Part shown: positions 10,648-22,612 of the stretch, piece by piece
Numbering within the stretch: position 1 is the stretch's first letter
How the letters are laid out: every line of letters starts with the position of its first letter
NCBI GenBank assembly: GCA_977018835.1
Contig: OZ361258.1
Coordinates: 682,001 to 746,000, forward strand
Direction of reading: 5' to 3'
Source of the DNA: Minutocellus sp. GHC0000111
Lineage: Eukaryota
Length of the DNA stretch: 64,000 nucleotides
Notes under the pieces: model-generated
The model's database searches: none
Told to the model about the DNA's origin: nothing
The model's input: the letters and a program-made list of their open reading frames with translations, nothing else
Translations under genes and position numbers: made by a program

Positions 10648-11583
10648 ATGATATCTTATCACTATATACTTATCCAAACTCTACTCTTCGCCGCGAGTGC
10701 AACATGTTCGTCGTCGTATCTTTTGGCGGAGCCCAGCGTGTACCAGGCACACAAATTCATTGCACTGAATAATAGACGAAATATCAGAGAAGCCAATTCT
10801 GTTTCCGAAGAGGCACATCCAACAGTTCCCGCAGAATATCCCACCATTGACATTCGATCCTGGATGCACCCATCCACTTCGAGTGTTGCAGAGCGAGCCG
10901 AGGTCGTACGTCAAGTCGTCCAGGAAGCACGAGGCGCTGGCTCTTTTAATATCGTTGGACACGATGTGGACGTTGACACCATAGACAAGCTTGAGCTGTC
11001 AACAACCAAGTTCTTCACACAAAGCAAGCAACAGAAGGAATCCTACAGTATCCACTCCAAAGATCTAGGAGGGTATCTGCGAAAAGGCCTCAGAGAGACC
11101 TTTATACACTCCAGATTAGCCGATGAGCGTGTGAGGGCGCCCGACTATTTTCGAGATGACTTGGAAGAGTACTCCAATCAAATGCGTTTGGTAGAGATAG
11201 CTCTGTCTAATATATTTGAGCAGGCATTCCGGGAAACGCTGGGCATTGAAATCGGCGACTCGCACTCGCCGGGATTGCTCAAGGTGAACCGGTATCTCGC
11301 ATCCCTGGCACAAGAGAACAGCCAGAGGGATCGATTTGCATCTCATACAGACTTTTCAACTCTTACCTTGATATATGGCAATTCGAAAGGTCTTGAAGAA
11401 ATTCGCGACAGTAGATTTGTGGAGGTCCCCATGCCAAAGGGGCAGATTCATTGTGCTTTAGGGGGCATCTACTCTTACTGGTCGGACGGTTGCTTTACAA
11501 ACAATATTCATCGAGTAAGCAATCGATCTGGTGACAACGAAAAAGATCGAATATCGTTTGCATATTTTTGTGGTCAAGGCTAA
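10648..11583 (+). CDS. 2OG-Fe(II) dioxygenase, IPNS/flavonol-synthase-like family, with a signal peptide
   Basis: PTIDI..., GSFNIVGHDV, LKVNRY, HTDFSTLTL (HxD), NIHRV, RISFAYF (RxS). Confidence 0.85.
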   Translation: MISYHYILIQTLLFAASATCSSSYLLAEPSVYQAHKFIALNNRRNIREANSVSEEAHPTVPAEYPTIDIRSWMHPSTSSVAERAEVVRQVVQEARGAGSFNIVGHDVDVDTIDKLELSTTKFFTQSKQQKESYSIHSKDLGGYLRKGLRETFIHSRLADERVRAPDYFRDDLEEYSNQMRLVEIALSNIFEQAFRETLGIEIGDSHSPGLLKVNRYLASLAQENSQRDRFASHTDFSTLTLIYGNSKGLEEIRDSRFVEVPMPKGQIHCALGGIYSYWSDGCFTNNIHRVSNRSGDNEKDRISFAYFCGQG

Positions 11584-11633
11584 ACGATGAGGGGAGCGGT
11601 ATACATCAAAACAATGGTAGACATAAAATATGT

Positions 11634-12873
11634 TTAAACCTCTGGTATTCTCTCATATGTACTCTTCGCTCCATTCTTTGGTATCGAGGTAAAGTGAATG
11701 CTGGTTGCGAGGCTGAGGTCTTCGTCTTGGCCCTGCCGATGCCTCCTGTCTGTTTCCCATCCATAAATCAAGATCCCTCCCACCACCACAATCAGAGATA
11801 TCAGCTTGAGCGTATCAAAGCACATTTCCTCTCCTGTTCCAGGTGATCCGCAAAACACCAGCGAAGTAAAGACAAAGATCAGAACAGCCTGAAGCCCCTT
11901 CATCACACCTGCACTGACACTGCCGCCAGGAAAGTGTTTGAGCGTCACAAAAAAGCTAAATCCATGTATCAAATTCGCCAGACCAATTGAAAAAAGAACC
12001 AGTGTCACATCTATCCATGTCGATCCTGTCGCTCTTACAGGCGCAGCAATGAGCTCTTCGAATCTGGGCAGAGTATACAAAATTTCCCATATTGAGAAGC
12101 AAAACAATGCCACAAAACCTTGGACGGCGCAATTGGCTCGGACCGTAATCTTTTCCTCTCCGTGCGTCATAAGTTTCTCACTTATTACGTAAACCAAAGC
12201 ATGCAGCGAGCTCCCAATCACCACAAGACAGGCACCAAGGAAGACATTGCGACCAATCGAAACCGAGTGGAACGCCGTGAGAGCCAGTCCAACAAAGACT
12301 GACGCTACGCCACTCCATTGAGTACAGTTCAAATCACAGCCGAGGAGACATCTGGAATAGACGGCTGCCCAAATTGTCACACTGCTGTAGATGACTGCAA
12401 AGATTGTTGGTCCAGACAGATTGTTGCCAGTATAATTCAGTGACTGCGCAAAGACATGCAATATCGCGATCGAGGCGGCCCGCAAAATCGTTGGTAGGGA
12501 AGGCCAGTAACGTTCGTCCTCTGTCGACGTCGGCACTTGCTTCTCATCCTCTGTAGCGCTTGCCATTTGTGGCTGCCGCCGCCTCCGTCGCAATGTCAGA
12601 CCGACGCTCGCAGGACCCGCATAGTAAAATAACATGTAAAGCTGGGCCCTTGGATCAGTCACGCCAACCTTGCCGGCTACCGTCATGAGGAGGGGTTGGC
12701 TAACACCGCTCAAAATGTAGAGACCAGCGGCCAACAACGTGGCGGCTGGAATACCGGTAGTCTGTTTGCTCATGCTTGACGACGAATTGTCAATTGCTGG
12801 AGCGGACGCAGATGAAGACGATGACGAGCCCTTCTGATCCCTTGTGCGTCTTCTTCGGACGGGTGAGGGCATG
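11634..12873 (-). CDS. Drug/metabolite (EamA/SLC35-like) transporter
   Basis: About 10 hydrophobic helices; QSLNYTG..SGPTIFAVIYSSVTIW, QWSGV, SAGVMKGLQAVL; start codon uncertain (12873 or 12773). Confidence 0.75.
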
Positions 12874-13204
12874 GGCCAATCGTTGCCGGTACCGGCGTAC
12901 CACTTCGGTCCCCAGGTGCAAATGCAATGAACCTCATTTTCGTTCCGCGCGAATTCTTGTCGAATGAGTCGAATCAATCCATGCCTGCCAGATGCCTGCC
13001 CTGCCTCTTGATTCAGTTCTTCTTTGCAACTACATATACCAATTTGTTTGGATCTAACTGTGAAGTCTAGCTAGAGCTAGCTACAGACGGCATCAATAGT
13101 AAATTCAGGCTTAATCATCTTTTTTCTTACGAAATAATTTCGACGTCTTTTGTTGAATGGCAGTTCAGGCAGGGGGGGATCGATCCATCTTGCCTTAGTT
13201 AGAT

Positions 13205-15049
13205 CTAGAGCCTGCCCTTGGAGCCTGCTTTCCCCTTGCCGGATGAAGATCCACCTCCGCCAGAGCCCGCCTTGCCTTTGCCGGTCGAAGAGCCGCCTCC
13301 ATTCGAGCCTGCTTTGCCCTTCCCTGATGAAGATCCACCTCCAGACGAACCCTTCGATCCTCCCTTGCCTGACGAAGAACCGCCGCCGCTCGAGCCTGCT
13401 TTCCCGCTACTACCTGTTCCACTGGACGAATAACCACCTTTGGAGCCACCCTTACCTCCTCCGTAGCACTTTCCGCCGGAAGAAGAGCCCTTGGATCCAC
13501 CCTGCAGCATGGAGGGGGTGAAAAATATTGAGTTAGTCATGATTTTGCACGAAAAATATTGAAGTCAAAGAATACATGAACGTGTATGTTTGTACGTACC
13601 TTTCCGGATGATCCTCCCTTGCCACTGCTGCCACCTTTGCCGCCGCTACTGCCCTTTCCGGATGACCCTCCCTGGTGAGATGTAAAAAATGTTGAGCCAA
13701 CATAATTAAAAATAAATGAGCGAAATGAAAGTCCTCAAATATGTACCATGGTATACGGCATGCATGTTACAGCTGCACGGCCGCAGCTTCCCGATACATC
13801 TTTACGATTCATTTCTCACCTTGCCTCCTCCACTGCTACTTCCGCTCTTGCCGCCGCCACCGCTGCTGCTGCCTTTTCCTCCAGAACTGGATGGGCCATC
13901 ATAATCGCCGGGATCGACAATCTTCCAGCCCTGCTCGTTCTTGCCGTTGCAGTGATCCAGCTCGATGCTGTCTCCAGATGAGGGTGAATGTGTGTCATAC
14001 GTCACACAGACCGATCTTTCCATATCAGGGGAAATCTCATAATCTCCTTTCTTGTTGTACGTCCACTTTTGATCCTTGTATCCATCACACTTCTTCAACC
14101 GAGGATTCTGCATCTTAGAGAAGATATTACCCGAGACTTCGACACAGAGGTCGAGGTCCTTCTTGGGTCTCCAGCGTTTCATCGAGTCAAGTACCCATAG
14201 CTGCTTGTAGTCATGGGGATCACACTTGACAATCTCCAATTCCTTCCCACTTTTCACGTCTTTTGCGGCGATACAGTACTGTATTTTATTAGAATCAATT
14301 TGCACGCGAGGTTTGGAATTGAGATGAACGCAGAGATTTTTCATGAGACAAAAGAGAATGCAAAAATACATTATGAGACATGCAAGCAATACGCATTATG
14401 CCACGTAAACAATGTCGCTGTCTCACCTTGTTATCTTCTTTCAGTACAGCCATGATGTAATCAGCGGGCTTGGTTGCACTACCACTGTTGCCGGTAGAGC
14501 CTCCGCCGCCGCCGCCGCTGGAGGGAGACGACTTGGACGGATCGGTACTGCTGCCCTTTCTGCTAGAGCTATATCCACTCTTTGAACCACCCTTACCTCC
14601 AGAGCTGGAGCCCTTGGATCCTCCCTATTCGGGATTGAAAGATGTGCAATACAAAATGAGGGTCAAAGAATTGACATGCTACAAAATGCATATGTGCCCC
14701 CCAAATATAATATACATAATATATCGCAGATGAGCGATGCACTTACCTTGCCTGATGATCCCGATGAGCCCTTGGAGCCCCCCTTGCCCTTCCCGGAAGA
14801 TCCCTTGCCACCTGAAGAACCCGACGAACTCTTCGATCCTCCTTTTCCGCCTGATGAGCCGCCTCCGCCGGTGGAAGAGCCCTTGGAGGAACCCTTCCCT
14901 TTTCCAGATGAGGAGTAGAACCACAGCTTGCGCTCCTCTGCGTTCTGCTCTCCTTCCTGGTGCGCGGCCCGACGGACATGAGTGGCAGCTTCGGCGTCAA
15001 TGGCAGCAGAGGCGAGAATCGCCAGGACGACAACTTTGTTCCAGATCAT
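13205..15049 (-). CDS. Secreted Gly/Ser/Lys-rich silaffin/cingulin-like protein with an internal ricin-B lectin domain; exons 15049-14747, 14624-14427, 14278-13820, 13671-13600, 13501-13205
   Basis: Signal peptide MIWNKVVVLAILASAAIDAEA, propeptide ending RKL, KGGSK/GKG repeats, three QxW subdomains (QLW, QKW, QGW) with paired Cys; four GT-AG introns splice in frame. Confidence 0.8.
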
Positions 15050-15762
15050 GGTGTAGATGCCCAATCTGAGTTGCGAAAGAGCGCAGATTATTAGGAAGAA
15101 GAGAGAGAAATTCACAGAATGAACAATAATGAATAATCTAGGGTGAGCTGATGTGGCAATATTATGGGCCGAACGCTATTTCACACCACATTCGTCACAA
15201 TTGAATTGTGAGTTGTCTTTTCGATGACAAATGAGCAAGAATGAGAAAGAGAGGCAAAAGCCAAGAGAGGATGCAGCGCAGCGAGACAGAAAACAAAGTA
15301 GAGATCAAGGAAAGGCCAGAGCCCCACTTACAAAGAATCGCCCAGTATCTGCTATGGCTATCAACGCTATTGCTTGTGACGCAGGATGGGTGATTCTCTA
15401 CAATTATGCGCTTCACTTGTTGAAAGTCAAAGTGTTCAAATTTCAATTATAGTCGGCATGTTACAGGCCAGGCTGGCTCTCAAGACTTCCGTTCAAGACC
15501 CACTCTCCCTTATCACCAAAATAGTCCTTTCTTCACAAATTATCAGGTAGGAAGTGATCTGTCTGGCCGTCAACTGACGGATGGAAGGACAGACCAAATT
15601 CTGCCATTTTTTATTTTTGCTTCATCACCCTTCAGTTCCTGCAGCCACTGGATTGGGGAAGGACCAGTGATTGATATTCTTGCTCTTCGTTCATTGCTTT
15701 ACTAACTCGCAACACAACCGATTGCAGGATCGACGAAATTATATTCTATTTGCATACCAGTA

Positions 15763-16101
15763 ATGTGGTTCTGTCCGTTTGATGGGACGCTCTTACAAGT
15801 GCGAGGGGCTGGCGATAGCAACGGCGATGACTCGGCCTCCATTTTCGTCTGTACGACATGTCCCTACGCTCACAAGCTCAAGAAACCCTTTGTGAATACA
15901 ATCCGACCAGACCGAAAAGAGGTGGACGATATTTTGGGCGGGGCGGCGGCGTGGGAGAACGTTGATCAGACTGTGGCTCACTGCTCCAAGTGCTCGCACA
16001 ACAAGGCCTACTTCATGCAAATGCAGATCCGAAGTGCTGATGAGCCCATGAGTGTGTTTTACAAGTGCTGTAAATGTGGATTTCAGTGGAATGATAAGTA
16101 G
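15763..16101 (+). CDS. RPC11: RNA polymerase III subunit C11 (RPC11/POLR3K)
   Basis: MWFCPFDG..L, CxxCPY, KEVDDILGG..AWENVD, QIRSADEPMSVFYKC zinc ribbon. Confidence 0.95.
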   Translation: MWFCPFDGTLLQVRGAGDSNGDDSASIFVCTTCPYAHKLKKPFVNTIRPDRKEVDDILGGAAAWENVDQTVAHCSKCSHNKAYFMQMQIRSADEPMSVFYKCCKCGFQWNDK

Positions 16102-16204
16102 GGTAGAGATTGATTGATCGGTTCGATCCGAGGGAAATTTTGTTCAGTGGACCTATACCATTATATATTTATAAATAACTTGCTATCTGAAAAAATTGCA
16201 ATGT

Positions 16205-18152
16205 TTATGCGTCTAGAATTTTGGTGATAGCCCAGTTCAGGTGGGCCCGAAGTTGTCGGGCTGCCGGTAGTCGCATATCTCTTGGAACACCGACACGATC
16301 TCGCAAATATGCCAAACTGTTGGCACAATCGTTGGCAAACTCGGCGCCACCCTCCTTCGTCAGGCCATCAGCAATGGCGGCCATGTCCTTCTCGTAAGGT
16401 TCGGTGCTACCTTCGAGCATGGCCAGCGAAATCAATCGAAGCGTTGCATCTACCGACATCATAACAGCTTCATTGGAAACAGCGTTGGGATCTGAAAGGG
16501 GTGCAGAGTAAGAAGGCATGCCCCTCCTACCGGCTCCTCGGGCAGCGAATTTTACAATATTGGCATGGTTGTACGAAAGTCGCTCAGTAGCCTCTCGTCG
16601 GGCGGAACTCTCATCCCCACACCAATCCCAATCCGGTTCAATACCACCGAGATCCTTCGCCACGGGCAACTCCCAACTTCCTGCAAGCTCTCCGTTGATC
16701 GCCTTCTCAAATGGTTCCCCATCCTTTTCGTATGAGCAACCTCCAAGCTGCGGTGGTAGGTCCCAGCAGTGAGTATAGTAATCCGACTTGGTTAATTGAT
16801 AACTCTCCAATGTCTCCATGGCGTCGAACCACTTATTGATAGCTGGGAATTCAGTCTTTGCTCCCTTGGTCACACGAAATTGATATCCCTTGAAGTAGAT
16901 GAGAGAGGCAGCCATTCGCTCCAGAAAGGGTGCAAACATAAAGTCGACGAGGGTAACATCGCCTCCCATGAAGAAATCACCACCCTTACTGGCCTGAAGT
17001 TCCGATTCCACCTCATTGAGAACATCGATGAATCGATCCTTGCCATAGCCAGCAGTCAACCAGCCCATCCATGCCGAAAACAGCGTCCTCTCCAAACGCA
17101 AAAGCCGCTGGGCTCTGGATCGATCCTCTTCGTTTTTGGGACTCAGGCTCTTCTTGTCGGTGAATATCTGCTCCAAAGCAAAGATAATATCATTCGATTG
17201 ATTGTACACCACACCATCAATCTCGGCGACGGGTATGGCCCCACTGGGCTGCATGCGAGTAAAGCTCGGCGGCTTTTCTCCATAACACCGCATGTTAATC
17301 TTTTCGACACGATACGGGATGCGCTTCTCTTCCAACTGGTGTGTGGAAATTAAAACAGAAGAAGATCGCAAGTAGGAAATGATGAGTATGATGAATACAT
17401 GCCACACTAATCAAAGAAATTTATCGATACCATTCGCTTCTAGCATTCTTGTGATGAGTGAGTGTGTAATACGAAAGTCCAACAATTTTGACTGACGACG
17501 GCGCGAGACGCAAGGCAAGCGGAAAAAACGGAAAAACTGACAAGACGCCGGCGCAAGATGAAAGGCATGGCATGGCAAACGGCAAACAGCACACGGTAAG
17601 CCGACGCACCGACAGCCAAACCTTATGGCAATAGGGGCACCAAGAAGCATGGTCGCGGTAGAACACCACGCGCACATCATCCTCGGTATTGCTCTCGTCG
17701 AACAGCCGGATGGTGTTGAGAGGGGAGGCTCTGCCAATGCCCTTTTCGAGGCTGGGTCGAAAGTGCTTCTCTTCCTCCGTCTGCACCGCTTCCAACTTGG
17801 ATCGAACATCCTCCCACTGCGATATGACGAGGGACGAGATTGTGGCATCGAGCTGAGCATTGGCCTCGCCCATTGTTTTGCCTCCACCGCCACCTCCACC
17901 GGGGATGAAGGATGCGGCAAGATCACCAAACATGGAAAGTGGGTTATACGATTCCTGCCTGGCCGAGAGGGCCGATGATTGTGGCGCCGCCCTGCTACTA
18001 CTGCTGCGGATTGCTGGGCCAAGGCACGAGGGAGACGACGTGCCTGTCGACGAGTTGAGGGGGGAGAATGCCGAGGCACCGGGCACAAGGTAGGAGAGGG
18101 CGACGGCGGATGAGGCTATGGCAGCGACGGCTAGGCGCGAGTACTTAGTCAT
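16205..18152 (-). CDS. Cys-type glutathione S-transferase-family protein, predicted plastid-targeted; intron 17609-17336
   Basis: ASAF presequence; YRDHASWCPYCHKVWLS|LEEKRIPY, INMRCYG, GAIPV, QSNDI; GST C-terminal helices. Confidence 0.85.
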
Positions 18153-18589
18153 AGAGCAATGGAGCAATCCGGCAAGTGAGTGTCAATATCTTCACCGACA
18201 GTAGTTTTTAACACAGTTAATTCGATTCTTAATGGAGTTGTGTGTTTGTTCGGCGCGAGAGTACTACGTAGTAGGATTCCTACTTCGTCACGGTCTCGCC
18301 GGATTCTTTGGTCGAATGACGATGACGTGTCGGCATCAGCCGCCGAGGCTGATGCTGAGACTTTTCCATTTTACGAAACAATGACGTCAGCCAAAATTTG
18401 CGCGGCGCGGCCGGCATCTTCCATCACCTTCCAGGGCACTCTTCAGGAGACGTGCCATGGACTATCGGCTCGATTGGTTGCGATAGAACTCCAAACGAAG
18501 CATATCGTGCGCTCATCGGCTTGGTCGTTGAGTTGTATCTTTCATTTGTTTTACTGATCGGCTGAGATACGGCAAGTGAACGAAAAAAG

Positions 18590-21500
18590 ATGACACAACC
18601 TCCAGGACGCCAGCCGCCTCCGCCACCGACCGATCTGGCCGAGCTCCAAAAGAGCGCCACAAACGACCTGGCCCAGCTGGGACGTGTGTCGCACCGGCTG
18701 GCCATGACCGACGACGGCCCTCAGCTGGAAAAGGTATTGAATCTCCTGCTGCCCCGCCTGCTGAGTCGGATCGGTACCAATCACAAACGCACCGTCGAGC
18801 TTTCGGCTAGGGGCGCCAGCGTTGGAGATGCCGCCAAGGCGACGGCACTGCGGCAGACGTACGACCAGATCCACGCCAAGCTGGTCGAGATGCTCAGTCA
18901 TGCCATGAAGCGAGTACGGGCCGATTCCAAGTGCCGCATACCGTGTGGGTTGGTGTTGGAGTTGCTCTTTTTCGATGATGATGGTGGTGAAAGAAGTAAC
19001 AATGCGAATGCAAATGATGATGCACCACCATCACAGCCAAAGCCGAGGAAACCACGCGGACCGAGTGATGTCGATGCCTTTACTCTCAATCTATCGCTGG
19101 CGTTTTTGACTCTCGGTTTGCCCCGCTGTACAACCGAAGAGGTGGAGGCATTGCTCCCGGGCCTCATGCAGCTGTTGGGGGTCCATCGGATGTCCGTGGC
19201 GTCCCTTACCAGCCCAGCTCGCAAGTCCCAGCACAATCAGATTGCTCATCTGATATTGAGATCGATCGAGGCCATCGTCGTGGGCGGTAGGAAGGCTGGG
19301 TTGGCTGGGACGGCGGCCATGAATCGCAGTTCGGCCAGTGGCAGTAGTAGAATTGCCAATGGATCCACGTCATCGTCATCCCCATCGCCATCGCAATCAT
19401 TGGCTGGACAAAAGTCGGATATCATTGCAGGGACAACACCGTCCGATGTGCGAGAGCAGCACCTGCGCAATGCTCGGTTGGTTTGCTCCAATTCCAATGA
19501 TGTGACAACTGGCGCAGCGGTGTACGATCTGCTCCTCGATGTGCTGCTGTACCAGCCCATGGCGGCGAATAGCAACATCCCACCGCCGGGTCTGTCGCAG
19601 GCTGGACACGAACGATTGCTGTCGGGTGCCTCCACGACGGCGGCGAAATGGGGGGCTGAATTTGCCGCCGTGGTGCGGCTCCGTGAGCTGAAGCTGTCGG
19701 TATTGGAATTCATTGCACCTTGTCGTCGATGGGCCGTTTTTCAGGGTGACTCTGTGGGTTTGAGCGATGGCATTAGTGTCGGGGGTAGCGAGCAACGTGG
19801 TATGGGCACAGCGAGGACTGTGGCTCTTCTCGCGGTGGCATCTGGCGATGCACACCAAGACGTTGCAGAGAGGGCATCTGATTATCTCAAGGCGCACATG
19901 GACTCGTTGCGGACCGTATCCCGAGGTGAAAGAAATGATGCCTCCTCATCAAAACCCGACGATCCGAGTGAAGGCGAAGGAAAAATGGATGATTCTTTAG
20001 CTTTGCACCCTTTGCTTGGTGACCCGATCGCTTTGGCCATTGAGCTTCTCACGTTGGTACTTGGAGATTCAATCGCTGAGAGTCTCGTATTGAAGGCACT
20101 TCCAAATTCATCGTCGAGCGTGCCTAGGATTGGCATGGAGCCGTTACAGGTAGATCGATCGTCGGCAGATGGAGTCCGTTCTGCAATCATGTCGACCAAG
20201 AGACGAAACATTGCCGAGAAGACAACGACCTCAATCCTCACATTCGTTTCGGCGCGTATCCTTGACGAAATTCCTCGAATTTTTGCTTATTCCTTGGGTC
20301 CCAATCAAAGATCTGCTGGCCTCAATGGCAACAATCTCGTCGCTTCTGCCTCTGTCATGTCTTCTTTAGCCATTGCTTCTTCGTCATCCTACTTGAGTCA
20401 AGGTTCGGGAGGGACGGCATCTGCAGGCGGCAGTCAATCTGGCCGTTCACGTCTTTCTGCTGCTAGACTGATCAATTCACTTACCGTCCGACTCGTTGCT
20501 CTGTATGATGCTATAAATAGCTTGACGCAAGAGAGGAATGTCACGGCAGAAATATCAACCATCCACAACTACCTTTGTCGCGTCTTTGTTTTTACCTGCA
20601 AAGTTCTCACTGCCTCGGCGTCTCGGCACACTGCAATATCTGCCAATCACCACGGCGTCGAGACAAAAGACGCCTGCTACGGCATCATTTGTACAATTGC
20701 ACGTTCAGCGGTCGCTACATCCTCCAGCGGAATGGTTTTCAACAAGGGTGAAGTCGCTGGAGAACAGGACGATGCTTCAGGAAAAGGTGCCGTCTCGATT
20801 AAAACGGCTGCTCTCCTTTTTGGATGCTCATCGCACGAAGAAGAATCGCTCAGACCGAGAGCAACAGCAGCACTCGACGCACTACTTGCAGCATACTGTC
20901 GTGTCTACAAGGCCGATCAAGCCATGATGGACTCATCAGAACCGCTTCTGGATGTCAACGAAAGCAAAGCACAAGAAACTGTGAACCCCTGGGCCGCACC
21001 ATCGAGTGACCACCAAACAGTCGCTGAATCCAGCTCTACCGATTTCAGCCAGCTATGCCGCAGTCTACTGCCACTTCTTTGGACCTCGGCTAGGCCGTCA
21101 CAGCCCAAGGCGTCTCGACTTGCATCCGCAAGATGGGCCAGTGAGCTTGTGAAGCCTATCGACTGTGTTTCTGCGTGTCATATTCTGTGCTATCTCTCCG
21201 GCGATGCGGATGTCACCGCTTCCTCGGTCGCACGAGAAGGACTTGGCCTTTCCGATCGAGCTATCAATGATGATGTATCTACCTTGGCTGCCGAGGTGGG
21301 AGAGCGCAAAGATCTCCCAGACTTTCAAGAATTTGTGCAATGCGTATTTGCCCAAGACAGTGATGGGCCGGTAGCCACTGGTAGTAGAGTGGGATCCTAC
21401 CATGATTTCTCTCCCCTGGGACAGGGCGCGGCACTTCGGTTTGGTTTCATGTGTTTATTAGCAGACCTCTACGGCGGAGACGATGAGTCAGTTGGTGTGT

Positions 21501-22576
21501 ATCTACGAACAATCACTTCAACCCTCGTCGATTTGGATTCTGCCAGTTCGGCGAGCGGCACTGGTAGAGGTCGCGAGGCTCTTGATTTGCTCGATGACTG
21601 CTGTTTTTGTTTGGCCGGAGTTCTTGGAACCAGTACTTTCGCACGATCTGCCCTTGTCAAGAGCACCGATGTAAATCACCAATACCTATCAAGACTTGCA
21701 ATCAAAGTGGCATCGTCAAAGGCACGAAGGCTCCTCGCAGAGTGTTGTGGTTATTTATTTGAGGACGCGAATATCTGGGAGACTAGTGATGGAAGCTGGA
21801 TTGATGCGTCCGGTATCGATGAGGCCTTGTCTGTTTGTGCCTCTAAGCTGAATGAGATGCGACAAACACTCTTCATGGTTGGAGAAGTCCACGGAGCGGC
21901 CCATTTGGGGTCGCGCTGTGTTCGTGCCTTTCGTCTCCGCGAACTAGCAAAGCCGGGAGGAAATGAACGCTGTTGGAGCGACTGTTCGGATATCATCTCA
22001 GCCCTCGGCCATGGAACATTGCATTCAGACGATGCTATTGGGACTTCATGTGCCCAGGGCTTGAAGATTGCTTTTTCCTACAGTCAAAGGGATTCTCCAC
22101 AGCTGGACCGACGATTATTGGAAGGTACATCCAAGTCGATGAAGGACCTTGTGGCATCACTCAAGAAGTACGGCAACGGCGACAACACTAATCCTCAGCG
22201 TGCATCGCTCTTGGCGAAGGCAGCGGGGTCTACTCTTGCGGCGACCACCCTATTGCCCGATACTCCTGTCGAAACAAGTGAAGAAAGCGATGCCAATGCT
22301 CTCAGTATTCTCAAAACTTTGCGTTTACAGTCCGTGGACGGCGTTTTCGCCCTTCTCGGCTCCACCTCATTCCGAAAAGACGCGGAGATTAGCTTAGTTG
22401 CGGGCGAGGCCTTGGCTGCCTACGCCGATGCTTATAGCCCCGAAGGAGCCAAATGGACAATCCCCGACAAGGAGGAGCCAGAGGAATTCGATGACGACTA
22501 TGCAAAAGATCTGCCCCCTCACAAGCACGTAAGTTTTGCTTGGTGATAAACATGAATGTGTAATACCAATCGTTTT

Positions 22577-22612
<36 letters not shown>

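Noticed and set aside
13218..14918. Pro/Glu-rich plus-strand ORFs (13218-13433, 14470-14733, 14676-14918)
   Set aside because: Antisense shadows of the G/S/K repeats; splice signals and the signal peptide are on the minus strand
16120..16129. B-box-like GGTTCGATCC just downstream of the RPC11 stop (tRNA or Pol III autoregulation?)
   Set aside because: No cloverleaf stems or A-box are visible, and a single 10-mer match is expected by chance
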